Below are positions 9,753-19,878 of a DNA stretch of 64,000 bases, in pieces. The notes beneath the pieces were generated by a model. It worked only from the letters and a program-made list of their open reading frames with translations, searched no databases and was not told the origin of the DNA. The stretch is from contig CBDDCX010000007.1 in the NCBI GenBank assembly GCA_965226375.1, forward strand, positions 192,001-256,000, given 5' to 3'. The position numbers were made by a program, and so were the translations under genes. The stretch is from Longimicrobiales bacterium. GTDB lineage: Bacteria; Gemmatimonadota; Gemmatimonadetes; Longimicrobiales; Gaopeijiaceae. Each line of letters opens with the position of its first letter. Positions within the stretch are counted from its first letter, which is position 1.

Positions 9753-12100
9753 GAACCGCTCTCGGCCTCCGTGCGCGGTCGCTCGCCACCGCCGGGGGTC
9801 ATCGCATTGAACAGCAAGGGCCACGTGGCCATGGTCTGTGCACGGTAGTTGGGCTGGAAACCTATCAGGACCACGGACCCGCTTCCTACCGACGCCTCCA
9901 CCACAGCCGCCTTACCGGCAAGGTATTCCGGCCCAAGAATCCAGCCCGACCTCACGGGGTTACCCTCGCTGTAGCGGGCCGTGACCCGGAGCTCGGGATC
10001 CTGCACGTCGAAGGCGCGGCTACTGCCCCAGTACCAGGCGGTGACCGACTCGTCCATGCCCTTGTTCAACGGATGTGCCGTGTCGAGTCGCAACTCCACA
10101 ATGGAGCCAGGAACGTAGAAGTCTCGTGACTCGAGGCGCTCCACGGCATTCGAGACCCCGAGGTTGAAGAGGTCCGCCACGAGCTCGGTCGCCGCCTCGA
10201 TGGCCACGATTCTGCCTCCCTCGTTCACAAAGGCTTCCAGAGCTCGCAGGCCTTCGTCACCCAAGCCCCCCACGTAGGGCTCTGGTAAGGTACCGGCAGC
10301 GTAACCCCGAGAGATCGAGGTGGGGCTCTGGTCCTGGAAAACGATGACGTCGTAGTCTCTCCTGAGAGAACCCTCTCTGGCTCGGGCATCCTTCAGGGTG
10401 TCGTACTGCAGACCGTGCTGGTCGAACACCCAGCGCGTCCATCCGGCTTCCATGGGCTCCTGCCAGGATTTGTACATCGCGATCCTCGGCGCGTCGGACC
10501 CCTCCAAACCCGACGGGAGACTGAACGCGAAGTCGGGCGTCGCAATCGGGTCACCGGCCACGACGGCATCCAGACCGGGTTCCAAACGCTCCACGGCCAT
10601 GGCCTCGACGTTCATGAGGAGCGGCAGCGTGTGCGCGGTCACGTCATACGGCCGCCGGGGAGGACCGCCCGGGTACTCGCGAAGGTCCGGATAGTGCTGC
10701 ACCTCGAGCATGGTCTGAGCGAACGCCGCGTACGGCTGATTCATGGGAATCAGGTAGGTGCCGGCCTCGTAGCGGTTCCCGTCCGCCTGAAACGCCTGCG
10801 ACGCTTCGTGTACCTCCACATCACCCATTCGCAAGATGCGGAGTATGTATGCCAGGCCACCCGGGTTCGCCTGGTCTGCGGGGAGTACCCAGGCACTGGG
10901 CCACTCGTCCCACCCGTTCACGGCCCGCTCGTTGACCCGATAGAAGTTCTCGAGCCAGTAGCGGCGGTTTTTGGCCGCATTGCTCAGCAGCGCCATCGCA
11001 CCGGCATCCTGATAGTCCACGATGTCTGGGAGGCCCCAATCCCCACCCCGCCAGGGATCGGGGTAGTTGGCCGATGCGACCGCAGCGTCGTAGCCCCGAC
11101 CGCCGCCGACGCGCTCCGGGGGGATGGTCACGGTCGTCGCAATCCGTGCCGAGGCCGTTTCGGAAAGGATGCGGGCCCCGCCGTGATAATGTTGGTAAGC
11201 ACGCGCAGGGGTAAAGCCGTCGTAGATGGCATCTACCACCACTCCGTCCTTGCCCTGGGACGTCAGCTCAGCGGCCATGAACGTGCCCAACATGTTGACG
11301 GCCGTAACCAGGCCCGGGTCCACGTTGTGCTCGATGGGGTCGATGTAGGGCGGAAAGAAAATGCGAGCACCATTGCCGCCCATCTGATGGATGTCGTGCA
11401 CGATCTGCGGATGCCACGCGTTGTGGGCACCAAGCACGGTGTGTTGAGTCTCCTTCTGCGTGAACGCGTACCAGTCCCGGTTGTTGTCGTGTCCCACGTA
11501 GTAGTGGTACAGCCAGGGCATGGGCCCGGCCTCGTATTCGGTGTCGAGCCACTGGTTGTACCAATCCACAACCCACTCCGTCCCGTCGGGATTGAGGGAC
11601 GGGATGTCCAGAAGGATGACGTTGTCCAGAATCTCGCGAACCTTCGCGTCGTCGGACGAAGCCAGGCGGTGGGCCAAGCGGGCAGCCGTCTGGGCCCCAC
11701 CCACCTCGGTCGAGTGGATGGCGTGGGTGATCAGCACCACCGCACGCCCCGTGTCGAGCAAGCGGGAGAGTTCTTCTTCACCGGAGACCCGGCGGGGATC
11801 GGACAACTTCATCTGGATGGCGTGAAGTTCGTCGATGCGGGCCTGATTCTCCTCGCTCGTGATCGTGAGCATCACGAACGGACGACCCATCGTGGTCGCT
11901 CCGAGCGTGTCTATTTGTACGCGCTGACTCGTTTCGGCCAGTTTCTCGTAGTACGAAGTGAGCTGGGTCCAATTCGCCATCTGGCGCTCCGCGCCTATCT
12001 CGAAACCGAAGTGGGATCGGGGCGTAGGAACGTTTTGGGCCGCGAGCAGGCTCACGGTGACGAAGCAGAGGGCCGGACCCGCCAGGAACCGGTAGGACAT
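9749..12100 (-). CDS. M14 family zinc carboxypeptidase, secreted
   Basis: Signal peptide after ATG 12100 (GGAGG RBS); HSTE (HxxE), NPDG, DNNRD, DIHQMG. Confidence 0.85.
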   Translation of the reverse strand: MSYRFLAGPALCFVTVSLLAAQNVPTPRSHFGFEIGAERQMANWTQLTSYYEKLAETSQRVQIDTLGATTMGRPFVMLTITSEENQARIDELHAIQMKLSDPRRVSGEEELSRLLDTGRAVVLITHAIHSTEVGGAQTAARLAHRLASSDDAKVREILDNVILLDIPSLNPDGTEWVVDWYNQWLDTEYEAGPMPWLYHYYVGHDNNRDWYAFTQKETQHTVLGAHNAWHPQIVHDIHQMGGNGARIFFPPYIDPIEHNVDPGLVTAVNMLGTFMAAELTSQGKDGVVVDAIYDGFTPARAYQHYHGGARILSETASARIATTVTIPPERVGGGRGYDAAVASANYPDPWRGGDWGLPDIVDYQDAGAMALLSNAAKNRRYWLENFYRVNERAVNGWDEWPSAWVLPADQANPGGLAYILRILRMGDVEVHEASQAFQADGNRYEAGTYLIPMNQPYAAFAQTMLEVQHYPDLREYPGGPPRRPYDVTAHTLPLLMNVEAMAVERLEPGLDAVVAGDPIATPDFAFSLPSGLEGSDAPRIAMYKSWQEPMEAGWTRWVFDQHGLQYDTLKDARAREGSLRRDYDVIVFQDQSPTSISRGYAAGTLPEPYVGGLGDEGLRALEAFVNEGGRIVAIEAATELVADLFNLGVSNAVERLESRDFYVPGSIVELRLDTAHPLNKGMDESVTAWYWGSSRAFDVQDPELRVTARYSEGNPVRSGWILGPEYLAGKAAVVEASVGSGSVVLIGFQPNYRAQTMATWPLLFNAMTPGGGERPRTEAESGS

Positions 12101-12527
12101 ATGGTTTCCTCCAAGGATGTACAGCCGGAAATGCACGGTGATCGTACCTACGACCCATACGGGGGGCAACCTCTCATGAAGGAGACGTCTTCGAGGCCAT
12201 GATCGCCGCGCTCGGCCCCTTTCTCGCAGCCGCCTCCCTCCAGGTCGCGCCCCCGACACCCGTACCGGCAGACACCTATCGGGATGAGGGCGTCCGGGCG
12301 ATTCTGGCCAGCGCGGCCGCCGCCCGCGAGCGAGACATGGAGGGTATTCTCAGCTACGAAGGGCTTGCTCGTGAGAGGATCTACGTGGGACTGAAGGTGA
12401 CCCGTTCCCGTCGTGAGCGGGGTCTCTTCGACGGTGAGCGCGTAGCCCGGATCCGTTGGGAAAGGGGCGGCGATGGTCAAGTCCCGAGTTGTGTGTAAAA
12501 GTGAGAGGAAGCTCCTCGATGCTTCGG

Positions 12528-13709
12528 TTAGGCTGCCTTGGCGACCTCCTTGGGTTCGAGAAGCGTGAGATCGAGGTAGCGGCGTTCGCTCCAGACCGCA
12601 GTAGTCTTCAGAGCAACCGCGGTGATGAGGCGGAGCGCACTGGCTCGGTCGGGGAAGGCGCCGGCGCTCCGGATCCGACGCTTGATCTCGGTGTGCAGGC
12701 GCTCGAGGCTGTTCGTGGTGCGTAGCCTGGCCCAGTGGGGCTCGGGGAACGCGTAGAACTGGGTGGCGGCCGTGAAGCCCCGCTCGAGCACCTTCATTGC
12801 CTCGGGGAGCTCCTCTTGCCAGCGCGTCGTGATCTCGGCCAGGCGCTTCTTCGCCTCAGCGAGCCCGGGGGCCCGGAAGACGGCGGCAACCTCGCGCGCC
12901 ACACGCTTGCGCAGGCGATGCGGGACCTTGGCCAGCACGTTGCGTTGCAGGTGCACGGTGCAGCGCTGACGGCGCACCTCAGGCAGGAAGCGGCGCACCG
13001 CAGCTGCCAGGCCCGCGTGCTTGTCGGCGATCACCAGTTCGACGCCGCTGAGACCTCGCTCCAGGAGCTGCTCGAGGAGCTCCGACCAACTGTCCTCTGA
13101 CTCCTCAGGGCCTAGCGTGATGGCCAGGAGCCGGCGGTGACCGTCCGGATCCACCGCGTAGGCCACGAGCGCGCTCACGTTCTCGACCTTCCTGGCCCAG
13201 CGCGCATCGAGGAACGTCGCGTCCAGATACAGATAGGGGTGAGGCCCCTCGATGGGTGCGCTCCGCAGCGCTTCTACAGCCCCATCGAGCCGCTTCGCGA
13301 CCCGCCTTACCGTCGAGCGTCCCACGCGCTCACCCAGCAGTGCTTCAGTCACGTCGCCCATCTTGCGCTGCGACACACCGCTCACGTAGGCCTCCACCAT
13401 CATCTCGTCCACTTCTTCACTCCTGCGCCGGTAGCGGCCCATCACGTCGGCGGGCGAGCCGCCTTCCCGGCTGCGCGGCACCATCACGTCGATCTGACCC
13501 AAGCTCGTGAGCAGGCGCCTGAGGTACGTGCCGTTCCTGTGGTCCTTCCGGCTGCCGACCCGCTCGAAACGACGCGCTCCGACCATCGCTTTCAACTCCT
13601 CCTCCAGCACCATCTCGAGCGTAACACGAATCGCGCCCTGAAACAACGACTTCAAATCCTGCCGTAACTCTTCTTGCGTGGCCCGCTCAACTTCAACCAT
13701 CTTTTCCAT
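12528..13709 (-). CDS. IS256 (Mutator-type) transposase
   Basis: RNGTYLR, VPRSREG, YLYLDAT, VIADKHAGL, QRCTVHLQRN, LRTTNSLERLHTEIKRR. Confidence 0.95.
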   Translation of the reverse strand: MEKMVEVERATQEELRQDLKSLFQGAIRVTLEMVLEEELKAMVGARRFERVGSRKDHRNGTYLRRLLTSLGQIDVMVPRSREGGSPADVMGRYRRRSEEVDEMMVEAYVSGVSQRKMGDVTEALLGERVGRSTVRRVAKRLDGAVEALRSAPIEGPHPYLYLDATFLDARWARKVENVSALVAYAVDPDGHRRLLAITLGPEESEDSWSELLEQLLERGLSGVELVIADKHAGLAAAVRRFLPEVRRQRCTVHLQRNVLAKVPHRLRKRVAREVAAVFRAPGLAEAKKRLAEITTRWQEELPEAMKVLERGFTAATQFYAFPEPHWARLRTTNSLERLHTEIKRRIRSAGAFPDRASALRLITAVALKTTAVWSERRYLDLTLLEPKEVAKAA

Positions 13710-13816
13710 GAGGAAGCTCCTTTCCGGTTCCGGACCTGCTGGCGCAGGCCCGGACTCCCCGGGTTCGTGTCATGATGAACATTCACAAGGAGCTTCCTCT
13801 CTTTTTCCCGGGCTGT

Positions 13817-14608
13817 CCGGATACCGAGGCGGATCCACCAGGCACTCAGGCGTGTGAGGCGAGCGAGGCCGATGGAAGCGAAGGGCGTACCATTGTCGGA
13901 GCGGATGACGGCGGGCAGACCGAACTCGCGGAAAGTCCTGATGAACACAGGCTTGGCGAGCTCGATCGACGTGGAATACAGCCCTGTGCACTCGAGCAGG
14001 AACCGGCTGAAGCCGTCCTGGATCGTGAGGGGGTAGCAGTAGCGACCGTTGCGCATCTTGAACTGCCCTTTGAAGTCGACGGTCCAGACCGCATTGGGCT
14101 CATCCATCGCAGTGAGCGGCTTGCCGGGGTGGCCCGGTTTGCCGGAGCGTCTGCGCTTCTTCGTGATCAGGTCGTGACGCTCGAAGATGCGATCGATCGT
14201 CCTGCGAGCTGGGGCCGAGCCAAACTTCTCAGCTGTGAGTTTACGGATCTTGCGTGATCCCCATCCGTAGCGCTGACGCAGGTCGACGACGTGTTCGACG
14301 ATCGGCTCCTCCACGGCGTGCGGGCAGTGATGGGGTCGGCGCGATCGCTCTTGAAGTCCCTCGAATCCCTCTGCGCGGAAGCGATTCCACCAGGTGTATC
14401 CCGCGGTCCTGCTGATACCGTAGCGCCTACAGGACTCGGCGAAACTGAACGTCCGTTGTTGCACTTCGAGGATGAAGCGTACTCTTTGCTCGTACATGGT
14501 CGACCGGTTCCAGTCCATCGGGCTCTCCTTGTTGCAGAACCCTGGTTGATAGGAACCTGTCAACCATCAGTGTAGGCCATTGTGTAAAGGATCAGGGTAG
14601 GCTGTACC
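13817..14608 (-). mobile_element. 3'-truncated IS481-family element
   Basis: ATG 14518 (AAGGAG RBS), N-terminal HTH, WTVDFKG and IRSDNG (D, D). It breaks at WWIRLGIR, before the catalytic E. Left-end 20-bp repeats at 14558-14577 and 14583-14602. Confidence 0.85.
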
Positions 14609-14638
14609 CCCCGGACCCCTCACCCCCTTTTACACAAA

Positions 14639-15705
14639 AGGGGGTATTCCCTTAAGTCCACCGACCCCAAGATATAGTGGTTACCGGGGCTCTGCGGGCC
14701 GTTTCCCACGTCCGGTGCCGAGGTAAAGGGCCGAAGCTGGCGTGGGAGCACACTGAACAGCCTGCTCAAGCAAGCGGTAGAACAACAGGCCGCGAGCCCG
14801 GGATGTGCGTCGGTTGAAGCGAAAGGTGAACTCGTCCAGATAGTAGGGGAGGTGTTCGCGGGCGATCCCTCCTTGGAGGGTTCCGAGGACCCAGCGCTTG
14901 AGGAGAGACGCCACCCGATGTACGGCCGACATGAGCACGTGAGCGGGATCGCCGGAGGTCGAGAGGTTCGTGACCGTGTGGCGAAAGCCCAGTTTGGCGA
15001 GTCCCTGATAGCTTGGCCATCCGTCGGTATGCACCGTGCTTGCCGGTGCGATGCTATCCTTGACGAAGCCTCGCAGAACCGGAGCGGAGAGGTCGGGCAC
15101 CCAACGCAGCCGTATTCTCCCGATCTTGCGTCCGTCGACCTCGGCGGCGATCGCGACGATGGCCTTCTTGATCGTCTCGCGGCCCCGCACTCCAGCCTCC
15201 ACGCCCCCGACATAGCTCTCGTCCACTTGCACAACGCCGCTCAGCTGGTCGCGATCCGGTCGGACCATGGCCCGGCGGAGCTTGTGGAGCCAGACCCACG
15301 CTGTCTTGTAGCTTCCCAGTCCGAGCACGCGCTGGAGCCCGAGAGCATTGGCTCCGTATTTCTGGCTCGTGAGCTCCCAGGCAGCGAGAAACCACAGACG
15401 CAGGGGCGAGCGCGTGCGGTGGAACACGGTTCCCGCCAGCACCGAGGTCTGCCTTCGACAGTGTGGGCAGACGAGACGCCCCCGCGATGCTCGCCAGACC
15501 TCTCCCAACCCGCCACAGCCCACGCACACAAACCCTTCCGGCCAGCGCAGACCCTCCACGTACTCCAGGCATGCCGCATCGTCGGGGAAGAACTCGTCCA
15601 GCTCCAGCCGCGTACGGGGATAGTCCACGCCGCCACGGAGCTGAGAAGCCGGAACCGCCATGACCACAACATGTAGTGGGCGGTGGACTTAAGGCAATAC
15701 CCCAT
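14639..15705 (-). mobile_element. IS1595-family element (ISSod11-like ends), copy 1, 1067 bp
   Basis: IRs ATGGGGTATTGCCTTAAGTCCACCG / CGGTGGACTTAAGGGAATACCCCCT; 9-bp TSD TTACACAAA at 14630-14638 and 15706-15714. Confidence 0.92.
14681..15667 (-). CDS. IS1595 family transposase
   Basis: Zinc ribbon CVGC..CPHC, VQVDESYVGG, VHTDGWPSY, YLDEFTFRFNRR. Confidence 0.95.
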   Translation of the reverse strand: MVMAVPASQLRGGVDYPRTRLELDEFFPDDAACLEYVEGLRWPEGFVCVGCGGLGEVWRASRGRLVCPHCRRQTSVLAGTVFHRTRSPLRLWFLAAWELTSQKYGANALGLQRVLGLGSYKTAWVWLHKLRRAMVRPDRDQLSGVVQVDESYVGGVEAGVRGRETIKKAIVAIAAEVDGRKIGRIRLRWVPDLSAPVLRGFVKDSIAPASTVHTDGWPSYQGLAKLGFRHTVTNLSTSGDPAHVLMSAVHRVASLLKRWVLGTLQGGIAREHLPYYLDEFTFRFNRRTSRARGLLFYRLLEQAVQCAPTPASALYLGTGRGKRPAEPR

Positions 15706-17578
15706 TTACACAAATATCGCGACACTACCGCGGCGATCGCTACATCGAATGGATCGGCGCTCGTTATCGAGTGCCCCTGGTGGGAAACAGCGGCGAGATA
15801 CAGGCGGAGATCAACGAGGACCTCGAGGAGGAGCTCATGGACGAGCTGCCGGCCGCGCTGGAGTTCGACCCCTGGGACGACCGCATGCTCTTCGGTGACG
15901 AGTGGGTACTCCATCCGCTCTCGGATTCAGCGGCCCTGCACTATCGCTTCAGCTCGGGCGACACCCTGCGACTGTCGCTTCCGGACCGGTCCCTTACCAT
16001 GATCGAGGTCCAGGTCGAACCCAGGAGGCCGGATATTCATCTGGTGGCGGGTTCACTCTGGTTCGATCAGGACTCGGGCAGCCTGGTGAGGGCCAGCTAC
16101 AAACCGGCCCGACCGTTCGACCTGGAGCTCATCGAGCCGGAGGACGCTGAAGAAGTGCCCGGCCTGCTCAAGCCGATTACCGCCGAGATCGAGTACGTCA
16201 CCGTCGAGTACAGTCTCCACGAGTTCCGGTACTGGCTACCGAGGCGGTTCGCTCTGGAGGGCGAGGCCACGGTGGGCCGCTTTCTCCAGATCCCCCTTAC
16301 GGCCGAGTGGACCGTGTCCGGGTATACCGTGAACGAAGAAGAGTCCGAGATGCCGATCTCAGGGCCACTCCCTGCCGGATGGACGCGATCCGAGCATCGA
16401 CGGGAGCGGGACGGGGAGGTGCGCTATGTGACCGTCGTCATGCCTCCGACCGATTCCATCATCAACTCTTCTGAGCTGTCCGAGGCTACGGTGGATCGTG
16501 CGCCCACGGCGTTCAGCGACCGAGAGATCGATGAATTGAAGGGCGAGCTCGAGGATCTCCTGCCTTCACAGGCCCGGCCCGGCCCCGTCTGGGCCTACGG
16601 ACTTCTTGAAGGCATGACCCGCTACAACCGGGTCGAAGGACTGAGCCTAGGTACCACCGGCACGCTTCCCTTGCCCCGTCGCTTCAGCCTTCGGGCGGAG
16701 GGACGCATCGGCACGGCAGACTGGCAGCCGAGGGGTGAACTCACTCTCTACCGAGGGGAGGCGGACAGGGGATGGGCGCTGTCCGGCTATAGACGACTGG
16801 ATTACGGCTCCGACTGGGCAGGACCGCTGGAGTTCACTCGGTCCGTGAACAACCTTCTCGGCGGTCACGACCACGGTGCGTTCTTCGACGCCTTCGGGGG
16901 AGAGGTCAGTCTGGTCTCGTCAGGCCGGGCGTCGCGAAGGACCATGCGGTTGTTCTTCGAGGAGCACCGGGAGGTGTCGAAGGAAACCGACTTCTACCTG
17001 CAGCGCGCGATCGGGTCCGACGACAACATGCCCGAGAACATTTCTGCGCTCGAGGGCTCCGTGTTCGGGGGCGAGATCGAGCTGCGGGGACATCGCGGCG
17101 TCGACCCCGCCGCACTCATGCTCTCCGGCCGCGTCGTCGTCGAGGGTGGAGCGGGCGAGCTCGAGTATTGGCGCTGGCTCGCCAGTGGGACGCTGGCTCA
17201 CCCATTGCCGTTCCGCCTGGTCGGAGCCGTCGAGGGCGGCCTGGGCATGGCGGCCGAAGACACCCCCGTCCAACGTCACTTCTATCTTGGGGGGCCCGAG
17301 ACGTTCCGTGGGATGTACACGGGGGAACTGACGGGGAGCGCATTCTGGTTCGGACGCACCGAGGTGGCAAACGATTTCCCGGCTGCCCGTGTCGTGGCAT
17401 TCGCCGACTTCGCGTGGGTCGGACGAGAGGAGAGGTTCGACACGAAGGGGTTCGCCGCGTCCGCGGGCATCGGCGCCTCCCTGCTGGACGGTCTCCTGCG
17501 TATGGACCTGGCCCACGTGCTGAAGGGCGATGACGGGACTCGACTACACATCTACTTCGACGGGCTCTTTTAGACCCC

Positions 17579-18331
17579 TCAAAGGCCGGTTGGCGCGTCG
17601 ATGAACTCCCAGGGCACGCCGAAGCGCTCCTCGATGTGAGCGCCCAGGGCCTTCACTCCCCACGTCTCCGTTGCGTAGTGCCCGGCGTAGAGCGCATTCA
17701 CCCCATACTCCATGGCGTCGTTGAAGGTGTGGTGGGAGCCTTCACCCGTCAGAAGGGCATCCAGGGCAAACTCCGCGGCGTCCGGAATCAGGCTAGCGGC
17801 GGCGCCCGTGACGACACCGATTCGGTAGACGTGCTCAGGCCCGCCCGGAATGAGACGGACCGGGCCACGTAAGACCTCGGACACCTGCTCGACCAGGGCG
17901 CCACGCTCGACGTCCACCTCACACCACCAACCGAAGTCACGCCCTTGGTGCCGCCCGAAGCGGCCGGAGGGCTCCCAGCCCATCTCTCTGCATAGGACGG
18001 CACAGTTGCCCACCTCGACGTGGGCGTCGAGCGGCAGGTGGCAGCCGTAGAGAGCGGTGCCACCTTGAATGAGCGACCGTAGCTTCCTGAAGCGAGGGCC
18101 GGTGACCCGGGTTCGCCCATCCCAGAACAGCCCGTGGTGCACGATGAGTAGGTCCGCACCCCGCTCGACGGCCTGCAGGATCACGGCCTCGCTCGCGTCC
18201 ACCGCCACCGCCAAACGCTCAACCTCCGCCGGCCCCGCCACCTGCAGTCCGTTGTGGGCCGACTCATGGTCCGGAAAGCCCTCTACTTCAAGATATTCTC
18301 CGAGGTATTGGAGCAGAGATTCTAATTTCAT
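17579..18331 (-). CDS. Nif3-like dinuclear metal center protein
   Basis: NGLQV, LLIVHHGLFW, HLPLDAH..GN, LTGE, AGHYATE. Confidence 0.92.
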   Translation of the reverse strand: MKLESLLQYLGEYLEVEGFPDHESAHNGLQVAGPAEVERLAVAVDASEAVILQAVERGADLLIVHHGLFWDGRTRVTGPRFRKLRSLIQGGTALYGCHLPLDAHVEVGNCAVLCREMGWEPSGRFGRHQGRDFGWWCEVDVERGALVEQVSEVLRGPVRLIPGGPEHVYRIGVVTGAAASLIPDAAEFALDALLTGEGSHHTFNDAMEYGVNALYAGHYATETWGVKALGAHIEERFGVPWEFIDAPTGL

Positions 18332-18349
18332 CGATAGAACCCGGAGGGG

Positions 18350-18460
18350 TGTGGAAAAGTAGGGCCTTCAGGAGCCGGAACGGTCGAACAGAGACCCGCG
18401 CGTGTACGATAAGTGACTGTCCACCAACGACATAACCAGATTGTCCACTATTGTGGAAAT
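18350..18460. promoter_or_regulatory. putative DnaA-box cluster
   Basis: TTTTCCACA (-) 18350-18358, CTGTCCACC 18417-18425, TTGTCCACT 18441-18449, ATTTCCACA (-) 18452-18460. Confidence 0.5.
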
Positions 18461-19096
18461 CTACGTGGGACGCGTGCCGCCTCGAGCCGGCGGCGGCGGC
18501 TGGTGACGCGGAAGTGGGTGCCCCGCCCCGCCTGTCGAGGGCACGTCCGGTTCCGACGTCTCGACCGAACCGGGGCTCGCGTCGACCGCCGGCGATGCCG
18601 AAACACCAGACACGCGGTCGTGGGTCACACCGCCCGACGGTGACTCTGCGGGAATCCCCTGACCTCCAACCCCACCCTCCGGCGTACCCTCAGTGACGGC
18701 ATCCTTGCCAGTAGAGACTGCTGGTTGGGGCTCGGGCTGGGCCTCGCCCACGGAAACCGGTCCCTGGACTGTGGCTCCTTCCTCGAGATGCATGCGCCGG
18801 GCGTCGATCTCGCCCGTAATCTGACTCGTGGATTGCAGCTCGAGACGGGACTGAGCATGGACGGACCCCAGCACCCGGCCGGAAATGACGGCGTCCTGCG
18901 TGTAGATGTTACCGTCTACTAGCCCCTCTTTACCAATGACAACGGCCTTCCCGGCCCGAACGTTGCCTTTGACCGTACCCTCGATCCTGATGGCCCCGTC
19001 CGTCTCGCAGTCACCCGTCAGCGTCATGCCCACCCCGATGATGGAGATGACCGCCTCGGGTGGCGTCGTCTGAGTCATTTTGTCGTTCTTGGCCAT
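18461..19096 (-). CDS. bactofilin (polymer-forming cytoskeletal protein) with low-complexity tail
   Basis: SIIGVGMTLTGD..IRIEGTVKGNV..VVIGKEGLVDGNI..ISGRVLGSV beta-helix pattern; ATG 19096 follows GGAG. Confidence 0.9.
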   Translation of the reverse strand: MAKNDKMTQTTPPEAVISIIGVGMTLTGDCETDGAIRIEGTVKGNVRAGKAVVIGKEGLVDGNIYTQDAVISGRVLGSVHAQSRLELQSTSQITGEIDARRMHLEEGATVQGPVSVGEAQPEPQPAVSTGKDAVTEGTPEGGVGGQGIPAESPSGGVTHDRVSGVSASPAVDASPGSVETSEPDVPSTGGAGHPLPRHQPPPPARGGTRPT

Positions 19097-19119
19097 AACG
19101 CCCAATCTCCAGGCCGATT

Positions 19120-19878
19120 TCAAGGTCGTTGCACCAGCTCCAGGGGATCGACCGCAGCTCCCTCGAGCAGGATTTCAAAGTGGAGGTGCGGAGCGGTGGA
19201 CCGCCCCGTCGACCCGCTGAATGCTATCACTTCGTCCTTCCGCACCTCTTCTCCAAGCCGCACCGCGGTAACCGAGGCGTGGGCATAGAGGGTCTCATAT
19301 CCGTTTCCATGTCCCAACCGAACATACAACCCATAGGTGGCGTCCTCACCGACCTCGAGCACCCGACCCGCACCGGCGGCTCGAATATATGACCCCGTAG
19401 GGACGGCGATGTCCAGTCCCGGGTGCTCGCGGCCCTCATCGTCAAGGAGGCCCTGGGTGACGAATCCACGCTCCGTCAGCGGCCAGCTGTCGGGAACATC
19501 CGCACCAGTCTCGGCTCGCGCGGACGAGCGACTCGAGGAGGCAGGCGGTGGAAGCCACAGAGCGGAGGGAGCGGCCTCACCCTCAGGTGCGAACAGGGCA
19601 CGAAGCGCCTCGTACTGTCGTTCCAGGGCGTCGATCTGCCTGATGAGCGCCGGGAAACGGGCCCGTTCGGCCTGCAGCGCTGCCACCTGTGCCTCCAGTT
19701 CGACCACGTGGACAACCCGTGCCGCCATATAAGCCCAAGTAGCGACAACGAAGGTCAGGATGACGCCGAGCCCGATCGCGAGGCCCCTGAGTGTCCGGAG
19801 TCGGCGGTACCCGATTTGGTATGAGCGACTCTCACTCGAGTCGGGGACGAGGATGATTCTCAGCAGGCGATCACTCAA
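19120..19878 (-). CDS. M23 family peptidoglycan metallopeptidase with TM helix and coiled coil
   Basis: HPGLD, YAH, STGRSTAPHLHFEI. Confidence 0.92.
   Translation of the reverse strand: MSDRLLRIILVPDSSESRSYQIGYRRLRTLRGLAIGLGVILTFVVATWAYMAARVVHVVELEAQVAALQAERARFPALIRQIDALERQYEALRALFAPEGEAAPSALWLPPPASSSRSSARAETGADVPDSWPLTERGFVTQGLLDDEGREHPGLDIAVPTGSYIRAAGAGRVLEVGEDATYGLYVRLGHGNGYETLYAHASVTAVRLGEEVRKDEVIAFSGSTGRSTAPHLHFEILLEGAAVDPLELVQRP

Larger units (their letters stand above)
12475..15729 (-). mobile_element. IS256-family element carrying two nested insertions
   Basis: Imperfect terminal IRs ggtcaagtcccgagttgtgtgtaa / ggtagtgtcgcgatatttgtgtaa; 8-bp TSD GCGGCGAT at 12467-12474 and 15730-15737. 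Confidence 0.9.
12199..17573 (+). pseudogene. outer-membrane beta-barrel-like protein (DUF5686/Omp85-like C-terminus) split by nested IS
   Basis: 12199-12474 and 15738-17573 join in frame once the insertion and one GCGGCGAT copy are removed, giving 703 aa. It has a signal peptide, RYNRVEGLSLG and a C-terminal Phe. Confidence 0.85.

Noticed and set aside
2147..12202. Long antisense ORFs (e.g. 2147-3754, 7140-8210, 10415-12202) and similar ones elsewhere
   Set aside because: Shadow ORFs opposite well-supported genes in GC-rich DNA, with no motifs.
13652..13816. C-terminal part of the 303-aa IS481 ORF
   Set aside because: Read-through into IS256 non-coding DNA after the truncation point.
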